A DNA stretch of 64,000 nt from an uncultured Acidimicrobiia bacterium. Lineage in GTDB: Bacteria; Actinomycetota; Acidimicrobiia; Acidimicrobiales; AC-14. The stretch lies in assembly GCA_963836205.1 (NCBI GenBank), contig CAWIIV010000006.1, positions 32,001-96,000 of the forward strand, written 5' to 3'. This document shows, piece after piece, positions 1 through 9,643 of this stretch (positions are counted from its first letter, which is position 1; each line of letters begins with the position of its first letter). The notes under the pieces are model-generated. The model saw nothing but the letters and a program-made list of their open reading frames with translations, did no database searches and was not told the DNA's origin. The translations under genes and the position numbers were made by a program.

Positions 1-222
1 GCGGTGCGGGGGACGGGCGTGGAGGGGCTGAAGGCCCGCTGGTGGGAGGCGGTGGAGGCCCGCCGGGCGGTGGCGGTGTCGGCCGCGTCGGCGGACGACG
101 TCGACCTCCTGGCGTCGTGGGGGGCTCGGGCCGTCCTCGTGGCCGACGGGTCGTCGCCGGCGGCGTGGGCGTCCCTGGTAGACGCGGTGAAGCACGTGAC
201 GCGGGCGGCGCGCCCGTCGTGA
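1..222 (+). CDS. 3' end of a gene entering the window (unknown product)
   Basis: Open frame from the window edge with GC-rich third positions; its TGA overlaps the next GTG (GTGA at 219-222). Confidence 0.5.
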   Translation, partial: AVRGTGVEGLKARWWEAVEARRAVAVSAASADDVDLLASWGARAVLVADGSSPAAWASLVDAVKHVTRAARPS

Positions 223-1292
223 GCCGGCCGCGGTTGACCGGCACGGGCGCCCGGCGAGCCCGGATGCGGGGGCAGTTGCTGTCGGGTCGGGCGGCCGGGC
301 GGTCGGTGGACGACGTGGTCGGCACCCTCGTCGGCGTGCAGGCCCAGGACGCCACCGCCGCCGCCCTCGCCGTCCGGGCCCGGAGCCGGGGCCTGGTGGC
401 GGCCGACGTCGACGCGGCCCGGGAGGACGGGCGGGTCGTGCTCACGTGGAGCCTCCGGGGCACGCGGCACCTCCACCGGGCCGACGACGTGCGCTGGCTG
501 GTGGCCCTCGTCGGGCCGACGTTCCTCCGGCCCAGTCGCCGGGCGGAGCAGCTCGGCATCGCGGGCGAGGTCGGGGACCGGGCGGTGGGTGTCCTCCGGG
601 ACGCGCTGGCCGCCGAGGGACCCCTCACCCGCGATCAGGTCAAGGGGCTCCTCGCTCCCCACGGGATCGACCCCACGGGGCAGGCGGCCATCCACGTCAT
701 CGCCCGGGCCGCCCTCGAAGGCGTGCTGTGCGTGCTCCCGGGAGAGCGCTACGTCCTCCTCGACGACTGGCTGGGTGCGGCGACGGCCTCGGCCTCGGGC
801 GGCCCCCCGGGCGGCCCCCCGGCCGGCGAGCTGGCCCGCCGCTACCTGGCCGCCTTCGGTCCCGCCTCACCGGCCGACTTCGCCGCCTGGTCGGGGCTGG
901 GATCGCCCGCCGCCCGCCGGGAGTGGGCCGCCGTCGAGTGCGAGCTGGTGGAGGTGGGTCCGGCGGGGTGGATGTCGGCCACCGACCTCGACCGGGCGGT
1001 GGCCGCCGCCCGCCGTCCCGCGCCGTCGCGCCTGCTGGGAGCGTTCGACTCCCTCCTCCTGGCCTACGCCGACCGCCGGCTCCACCTGTCCCCCGACCAC
1101 GCCCCCCTCGTCAACCCCGGCGGCGGGATCGTGAAGCCGCTGGTGGTGGTCGACGGCGAGGTCGTCGGCACGTGGTCGCGGCCTCGCGGCCAGGTCGAGC
1201 TCCGCTCGTTCCGGGCACTTGCTCCCGAGGAGACGCGCCGGCTCGATGGCGAGGTCGGTGCCGTGGCCCGGTTCCTCCATCCGTCGCCGTAG
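219..1292 (+). CDS. AlkZ/YcaQ-like winged-helix DNA glycosylase (HTH_42)
   Basis: GVQAQD motif, 'WSLRGTRH', 'RYLAAFGPAS..DFAAWSG', 'LLGAFDSLLLAYADR' and 'DGEVVGTW'; GTG at 219 is coupled to the upstream stop. Confidence 0.85.
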   Translation: MSRPRLTGTGARRARMRGQLLSGRAAGRSVDDVVGTLVGVQAQDATAAALAVRARSRGLVAADVDAAREDGRVVLTWSLRGTRHLHRADDVRWLVALVGPTFLRPSRRAEQLGIAGEVGDRAVGVLRDALAAEGPLTRDQVKGLLAPHGIDPTGQAAIHVIARAALEGVLCVLPGERYVLLDDWLGAATASASGGPPGGPPAGELARRYLAAFGPASPADFAAWSGLGSPAARREWAAVECELVEVGPAGWMSATDLDRAVAAARRPAPSRLLGAFDSLLLAYADRRLHLSPDHAPLVNPGGGIVKPLVVVDGEVVGTWSRPRGQVELRSFRALAPEETRRLDGEVGAVARFLHPSP

Positions 1293-1299
1293 CCACCTG

Positions 1300-1326
1300 G
1301 CAACCTTCTGGACAAGCGGTGGCGTC
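1300..1326 (+). promoter_or_regulatory. Putative ECF-sigma (SigE-like) autoregulated promoter
   Basis: GCAAC-N18-CGTC ending 8 nt before GTG 1335, the spacing expected for a leaderless transcript. Confidence 0.5.
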
Positions 1327-1334
1327 TAGAGGGT

Positions 1335-1859
1335 GTGAGAGGAGCGGCGGTGGCTGAGGTCGAGGCGCCGACGACCTACGAGCCGTCCGCCGGCCTGGAG
1401 GACCTCTACCGCCGGCACGCGCCCGAGGCCCGGCGGCTGGCGTACCTGCTCACCGGCGACCACTCCGCGGCCGACGACATCGCCCACGACGCCTTCGTCA
1501 AGGTCGCGGGCCGGCTCGTCGGGCTCCGATCGCCCGAGGCGAGCGGCGCCTACCTGCGCAAGGCGGTGGTCTCCGCCGCCGTCTCCCGGGCCCGGTCGCG
1601 GCAGCGGGACGACGCCAGGGTCGACGCCTACGCCCGCCGCCAGTCCCCGTTCGAGCCCGAGCGGGACGAGCCCGACGGCGAGCTGTGGGCGGCCTTGCTG
1701 CGGCTGCCGCCCCGCCAGCGGGCGGCCATCGTCCTGCGCCACTGGCTCGACCTGTCCGAGCCGCGCTCGGCCGAGCTGATGGGGTGCGGGGTCGGCACGG
1801 TGAAGTCGCTCGTCTCCCGGGGCCTGGCCACGCTGCGAGAGGAGGCGGGAGATGTCTGA
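1335..1859 (+). CDS. ECF RNA polymerase sigma factor (SigE family)
   Basis: 'RRLAYLLTGD..AADDIAHDAF' region 2 and 'LPPRQRAAIVLRHWLDLSE..GTVKSLVSRGL' region 4; alternative start at 1350. Confidence 0.9.
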   Translation: MRGAAVAEVEAPTTYEPSAGLEDLYRRHAPEARRLAYLLTGDHSAADDIAHDAFVKVAGRLVGLRSPEASGAYLRKAVVSAAVSRARSRQRDDARVDAYARRQSPFEPERDEPDGELWAALLRLPPRQRAAIVLRHWLDLSEPRSAELMGCGVGTVKSLVSRGLATLREEAGDV

Positions 1860-2979
1860 CCTCGAGCCGAGCCTGCGCCGCCTCCTCGAGGGCCGCGCCG
1901 CCTCGGTGCCTTCCGAGGACGGCCCGCCGCCGGCGGTGCTCCGGCGGGCCCGCCGGCGCCGGCTGCGCAACCAGATGGGCGTGGGCGTCGTCGCCGTCCT
2001 GGCCATGGTGGGGATCGGCGCCCAGTTCCGGCCCGCCGAGCGCCCGGCCGACGTCGTGAGCGTCCCCAACCCCACGGCCCCCACCTGCGCCGACCCGGCC
2101 ACCAGCAGCCGATCCGACTTCGACCCGGAGGGCGGCCAGTACGCGGTGTACCTCTACGGGGTCAACGCCAGCCTGCGCACCGTCTCCTTCGACGTGATCC
2201 AGTTCCTCCGGGGCGACGACGCGGTGGAGGCCTACCGGCGGGACAACCCCGCGCCGGCGGGTGCGGACCCGGACGCTGGTGGACCGCCGGGGGGCGCCTA
2301 CGTCGTCAACGCCTTCGTGCACACCGACCAGGCCGCGGTGGCCACCGAAGTGGCCGTCCGCGTCGTCGACCCGTCCCAGCCGACCGTGCTCGTCACCACG
2401 ACGCTGGACCGGATCCCGGCCGGCCCCAGGGGCCTGCCCGGGCTCGGCCTCTACTGGCTGTCGTTCCGGGACGGCGTCGTCACCCAGGTGTGCCAGCAGG
2501 ACTCGACGGCGCGGGTGGGCGGCTCGACCCCGGAGGTCGGCTCTGGGGGCGTGCTCGGCACCGGCTGCGCCGACCTCGGCACCAGCAGCCGGAGCGACTT
2601 CGATCCCCGCCGCGGGCAGTACGCGGTGTACCTCTACGGGGTCAACAGCGGCCTGCGCACGGTGGCCTTCGACGTGGTCCAGTTCCTCGTCGGCGACGAC
2701 GCCGCGCAGGCCTACCACCGCGACAACCCGACCGATCCGGGCGGTCCGCCCGGCGCGTACTACCTGGTCAACGCCTACGAGAACACCGACGAGGCGGCGG
2801 TCGACGGTGGCGCCCGCGTCCGGCTCGTCGACCCGTCGCGGCCGGCGGCGCTCGTCTCCGGCGAGCTGGCCGACGTGCTCTCCCAGGTCACGGTCGGCAG
2901 CCATCCCGCCTACGGCCTGTACTGGCTGACCCTCGACGACGGCCACGTCACCGACATCTGCCAGCAGGCGACGCCGTAG
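1852..2979 (+). CDS. Putative membrane anti-sigma factor with two tandem extracellular repeat domains
   Basis: Overlaps the sigma stop; Arg-rich N-terminus 'VLRRARRRR', one TM helix, then two ~135-aa copies 'C..TSSRSDFDP..GQYAVYLYGVN...GLYWL...CQQ'. Confidence 0.7.
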   Translation: MSDLEPSLRRLLEGRAASVPSEDGPPPAVLRRARRRRLRNQMGVGVVAVLAMVGIGAQFRPAERPADVVSVPNPTAPTCADPATSSRSDFDPEGGQYAVYLYGVNASLRTVSFDVIQFLRGDDAVEAYRRDNPAPAGADPDAGGPPGGAYVVNAFVHTDQAAVATEVAVRVVDPSQPTVLVTTTLDRIPAGPRGLPGLGLYWLSFRDGVVTQVCQQDSTARVGGSTPEVGSGGVLGTGCADLGTSSRSDFDPRRGQYAVYLYGVNSGLRTVAFDVVQFLVGDDAAQAYHRDNPTDPGGPPGAYYLVNAYENTDEAAVDGGARVRLVDPSRPAALVSGELADVLSQVTVGSHPAYGLYWLTLDDGHVTDICQQATP

Positions 2980-2999
2980 CCGCGCAGCCGGTCAGCCGC

Positions 3000-3843
3000 T
3001 CAGGCGGGTCCCCGCTCGCCGCACTGGACCGCCGCGTTCAGGCAGGCGGTGACGAGCCGGGCCTGGGCCGCGGGGTCCCAGGCGTTGAAGAAGTCGGCGT
3101 GGGCGGTCGCCGGCCCGCCGGAGCTGAGCGTGAGGTCGGCGCCGCCGACGCCGGCCGGGTAGTGGACGCCCAGGCGCAGGTGGGGCACGGCCACCGGGTG
3201 GGTGGCGGGGCAGGCGCCGCGAGCCGCGTAGGCCATGTGGCTGCGGTGGTCGGAGCTGTCGAGGCGCTGTCCGTCCCAACAGTCGGGGAAGTGGACCCGC
3301 ATGACCCGGTGGAGGCCGGACGGGCAGTCGGGCGGGGTCGTGGCCTCGGGGGTCTGGCGGCCGCCGCCGATGCAGGCGAAACGAACCACGTGGGCGGCGG
3401 CGTCGGTGACCACCCGCAGTCCGAGGGGGAAGGGCTGGATGGAGGCGGGGTCGCGCCCGGCCACCAGGTAGTAGGCGAGGACGTTGGTGGGTTTCACTGG
3501 GTCGCCGCCGTCGGCCGCTGACGGGACCCAATAGGCGGCGTGGTCGCCGTCGCGGCGGCAGAGGTCGGGCCCGGCCTGGAGCGACTCGGTGGTCGAGAAG
3601 GCGTCGGTCGACGTGTTGCCGAAGAAGTCGTGGCCGTGGGACGCACCCGGGCTGGCCGGGATGGACGATGGGGTCGTCGGGCGCGGAGTGGCTGTACCGG
3701 CACACGCTGACGAAATTGCCGGCGGGACGGGGCTTGGGCGCCGCCGCCGCCGCGGCCGGGCCGGCGACGGCGAGGGCGGCGACGGCGAGGGAGAGGGCGG
3801 CGAGGGCGGCGGCCGCGGCCAGGGCGGTGCGGGCGGGTCTCAT
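3000..3843 (-). CDS. Secreted DUF1996 domain protein (one frameshift near 3650)
   Basis: Signal peptide; 'CRYSHSAPDDPIVHPG', 'SHGHDFFGN', 'AYWVP', 'FPDCWDG', 'HADFFNAW' spread over two frames. Confidence 0.85.
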
Positions 3844-3864
3844 GGCGGTGATGGTCCGACCTGG

Positions 3865-3897
3865 ATGTGAGGAGGCTGTGAGGAGTCGGTGAGGATG
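3865..3897 (-). promoter_or_regulatory. Three 11-bp-spaced direct repeats, an OmpR/PhoB-type box
   Basis: GTGAGGA at 3867, 3878 and 3889; the minus strand reads TCACAGC-N4-TCACATC just upstream of the DUF1996 start. Confidence 0.55.
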
Positions 3898-3956
3898 CTG
3901 CGGTGCGGCGGGGCCGGTGGTTGCCGCCCGAGTGCCCTATCTCTTACCCTATGTAG

Positions 3957-4863
3957 GTGCAGATGCGGAAGACGAGCGTCTACCTGCCCGACGGGTTGAA
4001 GGTCCGGCTGGCCGACGTGGCCCGGCGGACGGGACGGTCGGAGGCCCAGCTGGTGCGACTGGCCGTCGAGCGGCTGGTGGCGTCGGAGCCGGCCGCGTCC
4101 CCTCGGCCTCGGCCTCGGTGCCCGGGAGGACCCGGTCGTCGCCCGCAACCGCCCCGGCCCGGCGTTGGTGGGGGTGGGGATGGGTCCCGGCGACCCGGGG
4201 CTCGTCACGACCCGCGCCCTGGCCGCCCTGCGGGCGGCCGACCGGGTGTTGGCGCCGACCACGTCGGCCTCGGCGGTGGGGCGGGCGGAGGCCATCGTCC
4301 GGGAAGCCGTCCCGGAGGTGGTGGTGGAGCGGGTGGTGTTCGTGATGGCGACCGACGGTGCGGCCCGGGCCGGGGCCCTCGCCGCCGTCGCCGACCGGGT
4401 GGTGGCGCTGCTCGACGTGGGCGAGCGGGTGGTGTTCGTCACCCTTGGTGACCCCAACGTGTACAGCACGTTCTCCTCGGTGGCGGCATCGGTGCGGGAG
4501 CGACGCCCGTCGGTGCCGATCGAGTCCATCCCCGGGATCATGGCCTTCCAGGACCTGGCCGCCCGCTCGGGGACCGTCCTGGTCGACGGCGACGAGCGCC
4601 TGGTGCTGGTGCCCGCCCACCGGGGCGACGGGGCGGAGGCGGTAGCCGCGGCCGCGGCCGATTCGCGATCGGCGGTGGTGGTCTACAAGGGCGGCTCCCG
4701 CCTGCCCGAGCTGGCGGCCGCCCTGGCCGCCGCCGGTCGGCTCGAGGGGGCCGTGGTCGGTGAGCTCCTCGGGCTGCCCGGGGGGCGGGTGGCGGCAGTG
4801 GCCGACGTGGCCGACCGTCCCGCGACCTACCTGGCCACCCTCGTGGTGCCGCCGGTCCGATGA
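3957..4863 (+). CDS. cbiL: CopG/RHH domain plus precorrin-2 C20-methyltransferase (CobI/CbiL); apparent fusion with a frameshift near 4100-4120
   Basis: N-terminal 'MRKTSVYLPDGLKVRLADVARRTGRSEAQLVRLAVERL' has no nearby stop; the next frame gives 'LVGVGMGPGDPGLVT..', 'TLGDPNVYSTF', 'IPGIMAF' and 'VVYKGG'. Confidence 0.8.
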
Positions 4864-5663
4864 TCTCGTTCGTGGGCGCCGGCCCCGGTGCGCCCGACCT
4901 GCTGACCCTGCGGGGCGCCGACCGTTTGTCACGGGCCGACATCGTGGTGTGGGCGTCGTCGCTGGTGCCGGAGGAGATGCTCGTGCACGTGGCCGCCGAC
5001 GCGGTGATCCACGACTCGGCCGGGATGACCTTCGAGGACGTGGTGGCGGTGTACTCGTCGGTGCCCGACTCGGCCCGGGTGGTGCGCCTGCACTCGGGCG
5101 ACGTGGCCCTGTACTCGGCGGTGCAGGAGCAGGTCGACTGGTGCGTCGCCGCGGGCCGGGAGCTCGAGATCGTCCCCGGGGTGGGTTCGCTGGCCGCGGC
5201 GGCGGCGTTGCTGGGACGGGAGCTCACCGTCCCCGGCGTGGCCCAGTCGGTGGTGTCCACCCGCCTGCCAGGGCGGACGGCGGCGTCGATGCCGCAGGGG
5301 GAGACGGTGGCCGCCTTCGCCTCCCACCGCACGACGATGGCCGTGTTCCTGTCGGCCGCCCGCCCGGCGCAGTTGGTCGACGAGCTGCTCGACGGCGGCC
5401 GGGGCTACCCGCCGGACACGCCGGCCGCGTTCGTCGTGCGGGCGTCGTGGCCCGACGAGCGGGTGGTGCTCACCACCGTCGGCGGGTTGGCCGACGCCAT
5501 GGCCGCCGACGGCGCCCGCACCGCCGCCCTCGTCCTGGTCGGACCCGCCCTGGCCGGTGCCGCCCCCCGCTGCCACCTCTACGACCCCGCCTACGCCCAC
5601 GGCTACCGCCGCCGCTCGCTCCCCGGCACCACGACCGGCCGCCCCACCGGCGCCACCCCGTGA
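4860..5663 (+). CDS. cobM: Precorrin-4 C11-methyltransferase (CobM/CbiF)
   Basis: 'FVGAGPGAPDLLTLRG', 'VRLHSGD..LYSAVQEQ', 'RELTVPGVAQSV', 'RASWPDE', 'LYDP.Y.HGYR'. Confidence 0.93.
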   Translation: MISFVGAGPGAPDLLTLRGADRLSRADIVVWASSLVPEEMLVHVAADAVIHDSAGMTFEDVVAVYSSVPDSARVVRLHSGDVALYSAVQEQVDWCVAAGRELEIVPGVGSLAAAAALLGRELTVPGVAQSVVSTRLPGRTAASMPQGETVAAFASHRTTMAVFLSAARPAQLVDELLDGGRGYPPDTPAAFVVRASWPDERVVLTTVGGLADAMAADGARTAALVLVGPALAGAAPRCHLYDPAYAHGYRRRSLPGTTTGRPTGATP

Positions 5664-6302
5664 ACCGCTCCCGGCCCGGCGAACTGGTGACACAAACGGG
5701 GTCCCCGGCCACCGAAAACGTCACCGGTTCGGGATCGGGGGACGGTTCGATCAGCCTTGTCGGGGGTGGGCCGGGGGACCCCGACCTGCTCACCCTGCGG
5801 GCGGAGCTGCTCCTGGCGGGGGCGACGACGGTCGTGGTCGACGTCGGCGTCGGCCACCTGGCCGCCGCCTTCGCCCCCGGCGCCGCCATCGTGGCCGTGC
5901 CCGACCGGCAGGCCGGCCGTCGACGCCCTCCTCGCCGCCACCGCCCACCCGCCCGTGGTGCGTCTCTACCCGGGCGACCCGTGGCTGCACCCGGCCCACG
6001 GTTCCGAGGCGGCGGCTCTCGACGCCGCCGGCATCCGGTTCGAGGCGGTGCCCGGGGTGGCCACCGAGCTGGCGCTGCCGGCGATGGCGGGCATCGCCGT
6101 CCACGTCCGCCACCTGGCCGTCGTCTGCACCATCGCCGACTTCGACGACGCCCCGCCCACCACCGACCCCGCCCGCACGCTCGTCCTCGTGGCCGACGAC
6201 CTCGCCGCGGCGACCGCCGCCAGTGACCCGGCCGCCCGCACCCTGCCGTGCGTCGCGGGCACCGGCGGCGGACTCGTCGTGTCCGGGGCGGTCGTGCCGT
6301 GA
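5660..6302 (+). CDS. Divergent, truncated tetrapyrrole (SUMT-like) methyltransferase (frameshift near 5915)
   Basis: 'LVGGGPGDPDLLTLRA', then 'VVRLYPGDP..FEAVPGV'; both ends are coupled to the neighbours by GTGA overlaps. Confidence 0.65.
5681..5730. repeat. REP-like palindromic element inside the 5' end of the methyltransferase ORF
   Basis: GAACTGGTGAC ... GTCACCGGTTC, an 11-bp inverted repeat with one mismatch. Confidence 0.45.
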
Positions 6303-7404
6303 ACGGCACCGTCGACCCCCCCTCGCGCCCGAGGTGGCCGACGCCAAGGGCGGCCTCCGCACCGGGTGGACGACGGGGACGTGCGCCGGCGCGGCGGCCA
6401 AGGCGGCCCTCGTCGGGTTGGTCACCGGCTCCGCTCCCACCGAGGTCGACGTCGGCCTTCCCGACGGGCGGCGGGTCACGTTCCCGGTCGAGTCGGACGG
6501 CGCGGCCAACCGGTGCGTCGTGGTCAAGGACGCCGGCGACGACCCCGACTGCACCCACGGCGCCCGCATGACCGCCACCGTCGAATGGGCGGACCCAACG
6601 GCCACGACGACACCCGCCGAGCTCCGGGCCGGACCGGGCGTCGGCACCGTCACCCGTCCCGGCCTGGGCATTCCCGTCGGCCGGCCGTCGATCACCGACG
6701 TCCCCCGCCGCATGATCCGCCGGGCCCTGGCCGAGGTCGACCCCCGGTCGGTCGTGGTCACGTTCGAGGTCCCGGGGGGCGAGGACATGGCGGCCAGGAC
6801 GTCGAACGGACGACTCGGCATCGTCGGCGGCATCTCCATCCTGGGCACCACCGGCGTGGTGAAGCCGTTCTCCACCGCCGCCTACCGGGCGTCGGTCGTC
6901 CAGCAGATCGACGTGGCCGCGGCCCAGGGGGCGGACACCATCGTCCTCGCCACCGGTACCCGCTCCGACGCCTACGCCCAGCTCGCCCTCCCCCACCTGC
7001 CCGAGGTGTGCTTCGTCGAGGTGGGCGACTTCACCGGCATCGCCCTCCGGCGGGCGGCGGCGGCCGGCATCGGCCACGTGACGTGGGTGGGCATGGTGGG
7101 CAAGATCACCAAGCTGGCCGCGGGCGTGATGATGACCCACTTCCGCCGGACCAAGGTCGACACCGGGCTGCTGGCCGAGGTGGCGGTCGAGGCCGGGGCG
7201 CCCCCCGAGGTGGCCGACGCCGCCACCCACACCAACACCGCCCGCCACTTCTACGAGGTGTGCGTCGAGCACGGCGCGGTCGAACCGTTGCGCCTGCTGT
7301 GCCGGCGAGCGGCGGTCAACTGCCGGGCCCACGTCGACGGCGCCCTCTCGGTCGACGTGGTGTGCGTGGACTTCGACGGCACCCGGGAGGTCGCCCGTGG
7401 CTGA
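6299..7404 (+). CDS. cbiD: Cobalt-precorrin-5B C1-methyltransferase (frameshift in the C-run near 6320)
   Basis: 'LRTGWTTGTCAGAAAKAA', 'VVKDAGDDPDCTHGA', 'GVGTVTRPGL', 'RLGIVGGISILGTTGVVKPFS'. Confidence 0.93.
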
Positions 7405-9643
7405 CGACGCCCCGGTCGTGGTGGTCGGACTCCTCGGCGGACGTCCGGTCGGCGACGCCGCCGCCGCCGCCCTCCGCGCCGCCACTCTTGTCGCCGGGGG
7501 ACGGGACCAGCTCGCGGCGGTGGCCGACCTCCTCGCTCCCGGCGCCCGCACCGTCGTGGTCGGGGCGGGACTGGGCGCCCTCGACGACGTGGCCGCCGAC
7601 CCCGGCCCCGCGTGCGTCCTGGCCTCGGGCGACCCCGGCTTCTTCGGCGTGGTCCGTGCCCTCAACGCCCGAATCGGCGACCGCCTCGTCGTCCACCCCG
7701 CGCCCTCGTCGGTCGCCCTCGCCTTCGCCCGCCTGGGCCTGCCGTGGGACACCGCCGTCGTCCGCTCGTGCCACACCGGCGACGCGGCCCGCGTGGCGGC
7801 CGAGGTCGCCCGGGCCGAGGTGGCCGCGGTCCTCACCGGCCCCGACGCCCCCCCGGAGGCGGTCGGCGCCGCCCTCGTCGCCCTCGGCGCCCACCACCGG
7901 TTGGTCGTGGTGGCCACCCGCCTGGGCGAGCCGGGGGAGCTGGTCACCCGCTGTACCGACCTGGCCGACCTGGCCGCCGGCCGCTTCGACCACCGATCGG
8001 TGGTGGTGCTCGGCCACCCGAGCACGCCGAAGTCGGCGGCCCTCGGCGGACGCCCGGCGGCCGCCTTCGCCCACCGGGCGTCGATGATCACCAAGCCCGA
8101 GGTGCGGTCGGTGGTGCTGGGCAAGCTCGACCTGCCCGCCCATGGCGTGTTGTGGGACGTCGGCGCCGGCAGCGGGAGCGTCGCCATCGAGGCCGCCCTG
8201 GCCGCCCCCGGGTTGCGAGTGGTGGCGGTGGAACGGAATCACGACGACGCCGAGCGGGTGCTGGCCAACGCGGCTGTCCTCGGCGCCCTGGTGGACGTGT
8301 TCGAAGGCGCCGCCCCTGCCGTCCTCGAGCGGCTGCCCCCGCCCGACCGGGTCTTCGTCGGGGGAGGCGGGCTCGACGTGCTCGACGCGTGCCTGGCCGC
8401 CCTCCGCCCGGGCGGCCGGCTGGTGGCCACCTTCGCGGCCGTCGACCGGGCCGCGGCCGCCCACCGCCGGCTCGGCAACCTGGTGCAGGTGGGCGTCGAC
8501 CGGGCCGAAGTCCTCCCTGACGGCGGAATTCGCTTCGTGGCCGACAACCCGGTGTTCGTGGCCTGGGGCGACGCGCCCGCGGCGGCGATCGCGGCTGTCG
8601 TTCGGCGGGTCGTCGTCGGGATCGGCTGCTCGTCCGGCGCCACTGCCGACGAGGTGTCGATCGTGGTCCGCGAGGCCCTGGCCGCGGCCGGCGAGCACGC
8701 GGCCGACGCCTACGCCACCATCGACGTCCGGGCCGGCCACCCCGCCCTGCCGACTTCGACCCAGCCGTTCCCGCCCTCGCTCCTGGGACTGGTCGACGTC
8801 CCCAACCCGAGCGCGGCGGTCGATGACGCGGTCGGCACGCCCAGCGTGGCCGAGGCGGCCGCCCTCCTCGCCGCCGGGCCCGGCGCCCGCCTCACCGTCG
8901 CCAAGCGCAAGGGCGCCACCGCCACCGCCGCGGTGGCCGTGGGGACGGGCGGGACGGGCGGGACGGGCTCCGTCCACGTGGTCGGACTCGGACCGGGCGG
9001 TGCCGTCCACCGCACCCCGGCCGCCATCGCCGCCGTCCGCCACGCCGACGCGGTGGTCGGTTACCGGCCGTACGTCGATGCCGTCGACAGCCTCCTCCGT
9101 CCCGACCAGCTCGTCCTCCGGGGGACGATGGGAGCGGAGGACGAGCGGGCCCGGGCCGCCCTCACCCTGGCCCGGTGCGGGTGGCGGGTGGCCCTGGTGT
9201 CGTCGGGCGACGCCGGGGTGTTCGCCATGGGCGCCCGCACCCTGGCCCTGGCCGCCGGGGGCGCAGATGTCGAGGTCCACCTGGTCCCGGGGGTGACTGC
9301 GGCCCACGCCGCGGCCGCCGCGGCCGGCACTCCCCTCGGCACCGCCCACGCCCTCGTCACCCTGTCCGACCTGCACCTTCCGTGGGCGACGATCGAGGCT
9401 CAGCTACGGGCGGCGGCCTCGTCGGGGATGGCCCTGGCCCTCTACAACCCCCGGTCCGCCGGCCGTCCCGACAACCTGGCCCGGGCACGGGAGGTCCTCC
9501 TCGACGTGCTCTTCCCGTCGACGCCGGTGGTGGTCGTCACCGACGCCACCGGTCCCGACGAGTCGGTCGTCCACACCACCCTCGCTACCCTCGACCCCAC
9601 CGACGCCGGCATGCGTTCGATGGTCCTGGTCGCCGGCCGGTGA
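7397..9643 (+). CDS. Fusion CbiE-CbiT-CbiG(C-terminal)-CbiH/CobJ
   Basis: CbiE 'ASGDPGFFG'; CbiT 'MITKPEVR..WDVGAGSGSVAIE'; CbiG_C 'VVGIGC..VGTPSVAEAAAL'; CobJ 'VGLGPG..SSGDAGVFAMG..LSDL..PW..LYNPRS'. Confidence 0.88.
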   Translation: MADDAPVVVVGLLGGRPVGDAAAAALRAATLVAGGRDQLAAVADLLAPGARTVVVGAGLGALDDVAADPGPACVLASGDPGFFGVVRALNARIGDRLVVHPAPSSVALAFARLGLPWDTAVVRSCHTGDAARVAAEVARAEVAAVLTGPDAPPEAVGAALVALGAHHRLVVVATRLGEPGELVTRCTDLADLAAGRFDHRSVVVLGHPSTPKSAALGGRPAAAFAHRASMITKPEVRSVVLGKLDLPAHGVLWDVGAGSGSVAIEAALAAPGLRVVAVERNHDDAERVLANAAVLGALVDVFEGAAPAVLERLPPPDRVFVGGGGLDVLDACLAALRPGGRLVATFAAVDRAAAAHRRLGNLVQVGVDRAEVLPDGGIRFVADNPVFVAWGDAPAAAIAAVVRRVVVGIGCSSGATADEVSIVVREALAAAGEHAADAYATIDVRAGHPALPTSTQPFPPSLLGLVDVPNPSAAVDDAVGTPSVAEAAALLAAGPGARLTVAKRKGATATAAVAVGTGGTGGTGSVHVVGLGPGGAVHRTPAAIAAVRHADAVVGYRPYVDAVDSLLRPDQLVLRGTMGAEDERARAALTLARCGWRVALVSSGDAGVFAMGARTLALAAGGADVEVHLVPGVTAAHAAAAAAGTPLGTAHALVTLSDLHLPWATIEAQLRAAASSGMALALYNPRSAGRPDNLARAREVLLDVLFPSTPVVVVTDATGPDESVVHTTLATLDPTDAGMRSMVLVAGR

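Noticed and set aside
3844-3956. Cobalamin riboswitch upstream of the cob operon
   Set aside because: The spacer is too short and lacks recognisable riboswitch core motifs
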